Below, in pieces: positions 50,201 to 57,162 of a stretch of 64,000 bases of DNA (positions are counted from its first letter, which is position 1; each line of letters opens with the position of its first letter). Origin of the DNA: Armatimonadota bacterium. Lineage in GTDB: Bacteria; Armatimonadota; HRBIN16. A model generated the notes under the pieces. That model searched no databases. It was not told the origin of the DNA and saw nothing but the letters and a program-made list of their open reading frames with translations. The translations under genes and the position numbers were made by a program. Location: NCBI GenBank assembly GCA_963677485.1, contig OY781964.1, positions 384,001 to 448,000 of the forward strand, given 5' to 3'.

Positions 50201-50685
50201 CGGTTTCCAGCGCAATTGGGGCTGGCACCGAATTCTATCTGTACCTACCTGCACTTGATGAACCTCAGGGTCACAGTAAGACAACCACCTCTGCAGCTTC
50301 GTTGCCTCATGGAGATGGGTATACGATATTGCTGGTTGAAGATGAGATCGCCGTGCAGCGTATGTCCATGAAGGTTCTCGAACGGTTCGGGTATGTGGTG
50401 GTATCGGCATCCGATGGTGTTGAAGCCCTATCTATCTACCAAAAGGAGTCATCGCGTTTCGATCTGGTACTAAGTGATGTGGTCATGCCCAACATGGATG
50501 GACTTACTCTGATCAACCACATTCAGGGCATCAACCCAATGCAAAAGATCATCCTGAACAGCGGCTACACCGATGACAAAGTGGACTGGAATAGTATTGA
50601 GAGCAGAAATATCACATTCCTTCACAAGCCATTTACTGTAGAAAAGCTCATCACCACGGTACACCAGGTGATTACAGGAACATAA
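47275..50685 (+). CDS. Membrane hybrid histidine kinase, PAS/GAF, REC
   Basis: Two N-terminal TM helices, PAS, GAF, GIAHDFNN, NARDA, GTGLGL, SDVVMP. Confidence 0.93.
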   Translation: MGKHNGLKFPVWLSWTSIISAILVIAAGSFHITLTLKYRQSMVPDLFAIAGLLLVILSLTLARWHIIKSAHYKQAYETALQKQTLTQHYQSLIQNAGDIILLTNTDMRIIDANELAEQTYGYSRDQLLRMRIYDLVSGDQKDASYARAERLKEEDILAFDSQHRKQNGELIYVEGRARKIDAAGKPYIQLIMRDTTQRIQELIRLKRNEALLTELLNHLSGMTYFVNQQGEFVYMNQTLAEFLGVDSTNRESWSNIDHPLLPLLQCDERQKQELARYQNTSSEIQLADGNHLKHYLLRQFVVPQLDGPDWLGGIVLDITQRKQSELQLQRMNLIYATLSQINEAISKVTDTTGLYQTVCDVAAEYGKSSLAWIGSYDDQLSALTPLAWSGRPHEYVNIVTARASGLMRNIDPVFSAVDSKKAVCANNIASGAYSPGETLLHSQDIHSAAAVPILDGNNVIGVLALYQREPDFFGEQELHLLDKIGINISFGLDSIGKKQQQHQLEEIVVNSPAVAFRWMNVKGWPVTYVSDNVTQLGIDVAYFIEEGYPYSSIIHPDDLHDVEDAFANYLDDHKGIYLNNYRIVDQAGVTRWVEERSWIVEDASINNQYIMGIVMDITQQKLIEQSQAESEQRYYAVFNNLHTVMLVVDPSTGYIIDANPAAVDYYGWPKEQMLLMNMSSINTLPAGQQADAMANAVKQTQNHFQFMHRRANGKTSDVEVYSTPIIVQGQTLLYSIIRDVTDRVTAEEMKQREEQRQIQTSKMETIGQLSSGIAHDFNNLLTVITGFIDIMMAESDVNSPLYSEMTEVKSASDKAASLTKQLLAFSRKQTLEKKPVNVNNLITSNKKMISRLIGEDIMVDMTLAPGVLMASVDEGQLDQVILNLATNARDAMPNGGKLRIVTDVITITKDDISFGTEAMEGRYIKITVADTGTGMDEATCSRIFEPFFTTKDEGKGTGLGLATCYGIMKQHEGWISVSSAIGAGTEFYLYLPALDEPQGHSKTTTSAASLPHGDGYTILLVEDEIAVQRMSMKVLERFGYVVVSASDGVEALSIYQKESSRFDLVLSDVVMPNMDGLTLINHIQGINPMQKIILNSGYTDDKVDWNSIESRNITFLHKPFTVEKLITTVHQVITGT

Positions 50686-50808
50686 CGGCTTGGTTATCAA
50701 AACGGCTAACATCGTGTTTTTGGTGTCATTTTGATACAGTAATAGTAGATACTAGCCGTTGCGGAGCACTTTCTTAGCACCGTAAGACGCGGCACAGGAA
50801 GGAACACA

Positions 50809-51300
50809 ATGGCAGCCAAATCTGGAGATACCGTACGCGTTCACTACATCGGCTCATTAGAAGATGGCTCGATATTCGATTCAAGTGAAGGCCGCGACCC
50901 GTTGGAATTCGAGCTCGGTTCCGGCATGGTCATCCCCGGCTTCGACGAGGGGATCCTGAACATGAATATCGGCGATAAAAAGAAAGTCACCATCCCATGC
51001 GATCAGGCCTATGGACCCAGCCGTGAAGAGATGGTCATTAAAGTGCCTCGTCCACAGTTCCCAGATCATATCGAACCCGAAGAGGGTCTCGAATTGATGC
51101 TGCAAGGACCCGGTGGGCAGCCACTTCCTGCCCGCATTACCAAGGTTGGCCTTGATGAAGTTTGGATCGACGCCAACCATCCGCTGGCGGACAAAACTCT
51201 AATCTTTGACCTTGAGCTGGTGGGCATCGACCCCAAGTCCAAGATCATCATGCCCGGTGATGATGGCCCAGCACCCAAGATCATCATGCCAGGCAACTAA
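50809..51300 (+). CDS. FKBP-type peptidyl-prolyl isomerase (SlyD/SlpA-like)
   Basis: V.VHY.G.L.DG..FDSS, VIPGF, AYG, DANHPLA.K.L.F. Confidence 0.93.
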   Translation: MAAKSGDTVRVHYIGSLEDGSIFDSSEGRDPLEFELGSGMVIPGFDEGILNMNIGDKKKVTIPCDQAYGPSREEMVIKVPRPQFPDHIEPEEGLELMLQGPGGQPLPARITKVGLDEVWIDANHPLADKTLIFDLELVGIDPKSKIIMPGDDGPAPKIIMPGN

Positions 51301-51320
51301 GCCTCACCCGTAGTTACCAT

Positions 51321-51360
51321 AGCCCGCACCGGTTGTTTCAACCGGTGCGGGCTTTGTTTT
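51321..51360 (+). terminator. Intrinsic terminator
   Basis: AGCCCGCACCGGTTG/CAACCGGTGCGGGCT followed by TTGTTT. Confidence 0.85.
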
Positions 51361-51370
51361 CGAAGGTCAT

Positions 51371-51430
51371 CGGACGGATTCGGCGGATCGGACCGATCAC
51401 CATAATCCGGCCAATCCGCTTGATCCGTCG
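51371..51430. repeat. 9-nt-period CGGAT/ATCCG palindromic repeat (family D)
   Basis: GACGGATT CGGCGGATC GGACCGATC ... AATCCGGCC AATCCGCTT GATCCGTC. Confidence 0.6.
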
Positions 51431-51446
51431 TATGCTAAACCAAACC

Positions 51447-52148
51447 TTACAGTAGCTTCCAGCTCTTCAATATCGTGCGCTCATCGTCAGGGTTGTTCGC
51501 TTTACGAAACCGTGCCCCTCGCACCCCGTTGACCCGCGCGTAGCAACGTGCCCAGGTGGTGTGGCGTTCCAGAACCCCGTCGATCAAACTGAGGTACATG
51601 GAGCTGTTCGTCGCCCAATCCCAGACCATACCGCCGACCATCGCCGATGGGGCTTGCTTCATCACAGGTTGCTCTTCTGCACTGTTACGGGCATACACCC
51701 TTAATGCCACCGGCTTGCACTTGCTGAAACCCACTGCGATCTCATCACAGCGGTTATTGTAGGGATTATCCGCATGGCCCTTCACATAGTTCCACTGCAC
51801 ACGGCTAGAACTCAGGCTATCAAGCTCAATCCACAAGTCTTTATTTAGCACGGGCTGACCATCTGCTTTTTGCCAACCTCGGCGTTTCCATCCAGCTATC
51901 CAACTGGTGATGCCATTCTTTAAATACTGGCTGTCTGTGTATATCACCGCGGTAGCATCTGCGGGGATGTGCTTCAATGCTTCAATCGCCGCGCTCATTT
52001 CCATACGGTTGTTGGTGGTGTCAGGGTCGTGCCCGCCCAGCTCTTCCAGCCGATCAGGCCATGCGATAATCGCCGCCCAGCCACCAGGACCAGGGTTGCC
52101 AGCGCACGCGCCGTCGGTATAGATAGTGATATTATCGATGGTTCCCAC
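51447..52148 (-). CDS. rnhA: Ribonuclease HI with C-terminal viroplasmin/hybrid-binding-like domain
   Basis: YTDGAC.GNPGPGGW, TTNNRME, TDSQY, WK..GW, N.DLW, VKGH, N.RCD; tail TW..C...V.G..GARFRK. Confidence 0.9.
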   Translation of the reverse strand: MGTIDNITIYTDGACAGNPGPGGWAAIIAWPDRLEELGGHDPDTTNNRMEMSAAIEALKHIPADATAVIYTDSQYLKNGITSWIAGWKRRGWQKADGQPVLNKDLWIELDSLSSSRVQWNYVKGHADNPYNNRCDEIAVGFSKCKPVALRVYARNSAEEQPVMKQAPSAMVGGMVWDWATNSSMYLSLIDGVLERHTTWARCYARVNGVRGARFRKANNPDDERTILKSWKLL

Positions 52149-52242
52149 TCCTTGGATTTATGCATCCAGTATATTTTACCAAGCCAAGCCAGTGATAATG
52201 ATATAATGGCATCAAGACCAGTCACACATCATGAGGTGTTCG

Positions 52243-53721
52243 ATGCGTATACTCGCGATTCTACTGTTTGTTTTCGCCGCACAGATGGCCGCCATGGGAG
52301 GCGTCACCACCGTCAAGCCCGAAGGACAACCCAACAAGGTACTGTTGAATCCAGACATGGGCTTTGTGCTGTATGAGAACTACCCCGTTGATCAGCGCAA
52401 GGATGGCTCCTCAGTGATGGTCACCGAACCGAACGAGCGGTTTCCCTTGGTCCACCATGTCGCGGTGATGTTCACCTGGGCCGATGTAGAGACGGCTCCG
52501 GGTGTTTACGACTGGAGCAAGGTCGACAAAGCCTACGACTACTGGAGAAGCAAAGCCAAGCACATCCAGCTTCGCATGAGTACCGAGACGCTGCTCTGGT
52601 GGGCACAAATGAACCCGCCCGGCGGACAGGGCATCCCGCCGTGGGTTCTGGCCAAAATCCCTGCTGATCAGCGGCAAGACCGCGTGTGGGCACCGAATGT
52701 CACCTACCCGGTGGTGGACGCCAACAACAAGTTCTACCGCCAGCGGTTGAGTTCGTTCCTGAAGGAAGTCAAACACCATTTTGACAAACAGCGTCCTGTG
52801 ACCACCATCGACCTGCGGGCTTACGGTCTGTGGGGTGAGTGGCACACCGGTTACCAGTACACCAGCCTTGCTAAGCGCAGAGAGGCATTGAAGTGGATCA
52901 TCGATATTTTCTGCCGAACCTTCCCAGATCACCCGCTGTTACTGAGCGCCTCGCATGACCCGGATACGCCCGCGGAGTATCACAACGGCCCTAACAACCG
53001 GTATGACGAGGCCTTCACCAAATACTACGACCAGTATCTGCAGCACTCCTGCTTCGATTATGCCCTCACCAAGAGGGGCCTCAGCTTCCGCCGTGACGGC
53101 TGCGGCGGGGCCGTGACATCCAACGAGCGAAAACTGATCGACACAGCCTTCACGCAGTATCTGCGCGCGCCGATGATCAGCGAGTTTGTGGTGGGATATG
53201 GCGAGGCGAAAGCGGTGGGCCAGCACATGGTGCAGTGGTTCATGGATGATGCGCTCACGCTGCATCCGAACTACATCAGCATGATGGGCTTTGGGGATTT
53301 TTACCGTGAGCAGCGTCCCTTGATGGAGTATGCTCTTACGCGCATGGGCTACCGGTTCGTGCCTTTGCAGATCAGCTACACCAACGAACTGAGTGCTGGG
53401 CAGGACTTCACTATCGAAAGCCTCTGGCAGAACCAAGGCACCGGCCGGGCTTTAGTGAACTATGAACTCGAGCTGAATATCTACAGCCGCAACGGACGCG
53501 CTACGAGGAACATCCCGTTAGGTAAAACCGGCTGTGATAAGTGGATCGCAGGGCGTGAATACCAGTTCAAAAAGAGCTTCCGCTTCCCTTCACTGGCACC
53601 TGGATCGTATAGGGTCGGTCTGCGCATGGTTGACCCCCGCACCGGTGGCCCCATCCAGTTGCCGATGAAGCTGATTTCAAAAAGCGGCACCATCATCCTG
53701 GGTGACATAGAAGTGAAGTAG
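52243..53721 (+). CDS. Secreted DUF4832-type protein with GH35/42-like barrel
   Basis: Signal peptide; LLNP.MG, W..VE..PGVYDW, GLWGEWH, RMGYRF. Confidence 0.7.
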   Translation: MRILAILLFVFAAQMAAMGGVTTVKPEGQPNKVLLNPDMGFVLYENYPVDQRKDGSSVMVTEPNERFPLVHHVAVMFTWADVETAPGVYDWSKVDKAYDYWRSKAKHIQLRMSTETLLWWAQMNPPGGQGIPPWVLAKIPADQRQDRVWAPNVTYPVVDANNKFYRQRLSSFLKEVKHHFDKQRPVTTIDLRAYGLWGEWHTGYQYTSLAKRREALKWIIDIFCRTFPDHPLLLSASHDPDTPAEYHNGPNNRYDEAFTKYYDQYLQHSCFDYALTKRGLSFRRDGCGGAVTSNERKLIDTAFTQYLRAPMISEFVVGYGEAKAVGQHMVQWFMDDALTLHPNYISMMGFGDFYREQRPLMEYALTRMGYRFVPLQISYTNELSAGQDFTIESLWQNQGTGRALVNYELELNIYSRNGRATRNIPLGKTGCDKWIAGREYQFKKSFRFPSLAPGSYRVGLRMVDPRTGGPIQLPMKLISKSGTIILGDIEVK

Positions 53722-53735
53722 GCTTAATGGCATAA

Positions 53736-53786
53736 GGCGGATTGGTCGGATTGGATCGATCAATCATCCGTCCAATCCGTCCGATT
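53736..53786. repeat. 9-nt-period CGGAT/ATCCG palindromic repeat (family D)
   Basis: CGGATTGGT CGGATTGGA TCGAT ... ATCCGTCCA ATCCGTCCG AT between convergent genes. Confidence 0.6.
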
Positions 53787-53792
53787 ACGCCC

Positions 53793-54674
53793 CTACCCCA
53801 GCTCGCGGTTTGCCATCAGCTCCAGCACCTTCACGCAGGCACTGTAGTCCTCATCGCCCCAGCCCTGTGCCATGGCGGTGATCATCATCTCGCGGGCGAG
53901 TGCTGTGAAGGGGATGGGCAGACTGTTGCTCTTCGCGGTCTGTTCCGCCAGGTCAAGGTCTTTGACCATGTGCCGGATGAAGAAGTTGGGGGTGAAGTCG
54001 CGAGCCAGCAGCTTGCCGCTTTTGTTTTTCCACATCGGGCAGGCCATGGCGGTCTGCTGAAGCATCTCCAGCCAGTATTTAGGATCCACACCCGCCGCGG
54101 AGGCAAACAACAGGCTCTGACCAAGCCCCAGCATCATGTGGGACAGCATCATGTTGAAGGCCAGCTTACATCCGGCTGCCTGCTGCACTGTTTCATGTGG
54201 CCATATCTGCGCACAGAAGCTGCGCCACACCGGCTCCGCTTTGGCGATCGCAGCAGGATTGCCGCCCGGGTAGACCCACAGTGTGCCAGCCGCGATCTGA
54301 GGAACCGAACCGAGCACCGGGGCCTGCAGGTAATACCGTCCCGTGCCTTCATAGGCGCTGGCCATCTCACCCGCCATGTCCGGCGTGATGGTGCTCATTT
54401 CGCTGTGGACAGCCCCTTCGGGCAGATGTGCCAAGATGCCATCAGCTCCCAGCGTAACAGCGCTCACCGCTTCAGGGTTGGTGACCATGCTGATCACCAC
54501 CTCGCTGCCATCGGCTGTTCCGCCCGGGGTATCGCACCACACCGCACCCAGATCAACCAACGGCTGCGCCTTTTGCTTCGTGCGGTTCCAAACCTTCAGG
54601 CCGTGGCCAGCTTCCAGGATCTTCAGTCCCATAGCTCCGCCCATCATGCCCGTACCCACTAATCCTACCTGCAT
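53793..54674 (-). CDS. Beta-hydroxyacid dehydrogenase (3-hydroxyisobutyrate/tartronate semialdehyde reductase family)
   Basis: GLVGTGMMG, WNRT, MSTI, APVLGS, KLAFN, KDLDLA. Confidence 0.9.
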   Translation of the reverse strand: MQVGLVGTGMMGGAMGLKILEAGHGLKVWNRTKQKAQPLVDLGAVWCDTPGGTADGSEVVISMVTNPEAVSAVTLGADGILAHLPEGAVHSEMSTITPDMAGEMASAYEGTGRYYLQAPVLGSVPQIAAGTLWVYPGGNPAAIAKAEPVWRSFCAQIWPHETVQQAAGCKLAFNMMLSHMMLGLGQSLLFASAAGVDPKYWLEMLQQTAMACPMWKNKSGKLLARDFTPNFFIRHMVKDLDLAEQTAKSNSLPIPFTALAREMMITAMAQGWGDEDYSACVKVLELMANRELG

Positions 54675-54781
54675 TCGTGTCTCCTTTTCCGATATGCTCA
54701 ATGCTTTTGATATGCCATACTGCGGTTACATCATACTGCCGGACATCCCATTCCGCAAACGGGCGGAGGTGTCAGCCATGA

Positions 54782-55837
54782 CTATCTGGTCGGTATCGTC
54801 AAGGACCCCGGCGTCGGAGTTCCCACCAATGAAACCTTCGAGAATCGGCTGGCGAAATTATAATATCCCACAAACTCCCAGCCGAAACCCGCCGAGGCAA
54901 GGTAGTAGTCCTGCGGGTCACCGACAGCCGGATTGAGTGCCTTCGCAGATCGTAAGGAAGTGATGAAATCCACCTCAATATGACGTGGCGGAGCTCCAAT
55001 GTCCAAAGGCTTGTCTGTTTTGCTGATGAACAGACCTTGTCCGAACTGATCTACCCCGATGTTTTCCCGGTAAGATGGAGGATAGTCGGTATAGAGATTC
55101 TGAACGAGGAATAGGCAAGCGAAGGGATTGGCCGTTCTGCGAAGTATGACACAAACATAGAGACTGGCGTTTTTCCAGGAACCAAGCCAGCCATCAAGCT
55201 GTTTGGCCCTCGGCACATCAACATCCGCTGTGAACTTCAAGCATGAGAAGCGTCCCATGTCCACCAACTGCTTGAAATTCTGGCCTACTAGGTAGTGCGG
55301 CCAGGTGTCGTAAGCCCATTTCGGGCTGTTATCTGTGGCCACATTTCGGATTTCGTTCTTCGTGTTGCCATATATCACAAGGGTTCCATGCCGGTTGCTG
55401 TCAAACCCATGCATCACCAATGGCTTCCCACTCAGCCTGTTCACGCTCTCAATCCGCAAGCGTGAATGGGTGTTCTCACGCAACTCCGCATTGATCTCCA
55501 TGCGGTAGATCGCCAAGTCTTCGCCATCAGCCAGGTGGATATCCGGTGCAATCTCCATGGGACCTTTGTGGAGGCCTTCGGTCAAGCTCCAATATTTTCC
55601 CTTGTCCACAGGGGCACCGTGATCGGGCCAGGTGTGGATGCGATATCCTTTCGGCGGCGTGACGTAACGAGTGATATCACCCAGGCGCAAGTCGGCTGGG
55701 AGCCCATTTCGATTGGCGTCGCCGGTCCAACTCGCTCCGCTCCATTCGGCCCGCAGACCTTTGGTGAACTCACGGTCCTGAAGCAGTTCGATCGGCTTAG
55801 CCTCTTGCTTGAGCTTGGGATTAGCGTAAAATGGCAC
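54782..55837 (-). CDS. Hypothetical protein, coupled to the upstream URO-D-like gene
   Basis: 351-codon ORF; GTG overlaps the upstream TAG; WPHYLVGQ and GFGWE motifs; no family recognised with confidence. Confidence 0.6.
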   Translation of the reverse strand: MPFYANPKLKQEAKPIELLQDREFTKGLRAEWSGASWTGDANRNGLPADLRLGDITRYVTPPKGYRIHTWPDHGAPVDKGKYWSLTEGLHKGPMEIAPDIHLADGEDLAIYRMEINAELRENTHSRLRIESVNRLSGKPLVMHGFDSNRHGTLVIYGNTKNEIRNVATDNSPKWAYDTWPHYLVGQNFKQLVDMGRFSCLKFTADVDVPRAKQLDGWLGSWKNASLYVCVILRRTANPFACLFLVQNLYTDYPPSYRENIGVDQFGQGLFISKTDKPLDIGAPPRHIEVDFITSLRSAKALNPAVGDPQDYYLASAGFGWEFVGYYNFASRFSKVSLVGTPTPGSLTIPTR

Positions 55838-57039
55838 TAGTATTTCCCTACTTGTTGGATCGCAGACATGATCAACCGCATACCAGTGAGTCGCGAGCCG
55901 TTGTTGGTGCTGCCTGCAGTGCCAAATACCAGTCCGCGATGTTCTCTGGCCTGCTCATAGTCACGCAGCAACTCAGCGACCATGTTCGTCTCCTCGTTAC
56001 GGCTGAAGGTAAACGGCGCAAGCTGACCCAAAATCACCGCTTTCGGCAGATGCTGGCGAATTTCCGATACTGTCACGGTGGGACCGAAGTTCGCCCAGGT
56101 CATGCCGAGTTTGCCAAGAACCGGCAGATGGTGTGCCATATCGGAGTCAGAATGCTGCCCGCGCATATCGCCTGGGTTGGGCGAATACCGGTCAAACACC
56201 GCCTTCAAGATGGGATAGCCAAAGAACTCATACATGCGAGGGTTCAACAGGCAGCAGTTGTCATCAGCCCAACCCCAGCCGTGCGGAGCGGTCTCAGGAG
56301 TATAACCAGCCTCCTCATCTAACACGCGGGCTCTCTCAAGGATCGCTCGCAGGATCAAATCGCGAAACCTACCGGCTAGCTCCGGGTTATCGAGAATGAG
56401 GTATAGCAACTCCTCCGCGCCATACACAGATGCTGCAAAGGTGATGGGGCCACGCTGACCGCGATACAGAGGAACTTTGGCACCGGCCGCCAGCAGCCGT
56501 TGCTTCTCCTCACTCCAGTTAGCCGGTAACATGAACTCGCGCAGGTTCTCTAGCCTGGCTTCCACCCGATCAAGCAAGGCTTGTAACTCATTCTCGCCGT
56601 GTGCCGACTGCTCCAGCCAGAACGAACGGTCATGCCAGACATTTCTGGCTTCGAATATGTCATAGAGTTCCTTGATGGGCGGCCACTGCAGAGACAGATC
56701 GGGCATGGTTTCCGATAACAGCCGGCGGCCTACGATCTTCTCGGCAAGGTCGTTGTATTGCCTGGATATCTCCACCCGCCAGGCGTGATCGTGCTCCATA
56801 CGGTACCAGTTCTCGGAGGTTTCGGGGATGCCCAGCTCATCAAACACACAGTCGATGGCCATACCGATGCCCAGCGGGACCTGAGGGCAGTCTACCGACC
56901 ATGGGTCGCGCATCGCCTCAGCCTGATCGGCCCAGAACCGGTCGAGGTCGACAGGTGCCAGCCCCCCAGCCGCAGGGGCCTGGTGGACGAAGACTTCGGC
57001 TTGCTTCCGCAGCCGCGGCTCAGGCTGATTTGGTAGCAT
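55837..57039 (-). CDS. Uroporphyrinogen decarboxylase-family protein (divergent)
   Basis: RGPITFA..VYG, ADDNCCLLNP.MYE.F..P, HSDS, I.GQL.P. Confidence 0.75.
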   Translation of the reverse strand: MLPNQPEPRLRKQAEVFVHQAPAAGGLAPVDLDRFWADQAEAMRDPWSVDCPQVPLGIGMAIDCVFDELGIPETSENWYRMEHDHAWRVEISRQYNDLAEKIVGRRLLSETMPDLSLQWPPIKELYDIFEARNVWHDRSFWLEQSAHGENELQALLDRVEARLENLREFMLPANWSEEKQRLLAAGAKVPLYRGQRGPITFAASVYGAEELLYLILDNPELAGRFRDLILRAILERARVLDEEAGYTPETAPHGWGWADDNCCLLNPRMYEFFGYPILKAVFDRYSPNPGDMRGQHSDSDMAHHLPVLGKLGMTWANFGPTVTVSEIRQHLPKAVILGQLAPFTFSRNEETNMVAELLRDYEQAREHRGLVFGTAGSTNNGSRLTGMRLIMSAIQQVGKY

Positions 57040-57162
57040 ATGTGATTCCCTCCATGCTCAAGGTGATGCCGTGTTGAGTCATTATTCTGACTATATATAC
57101 CGCATCAAAGTGTAAAATTCCTGCCAAATGAACACCCATATGACTGTCGACAGATCTGGGTG

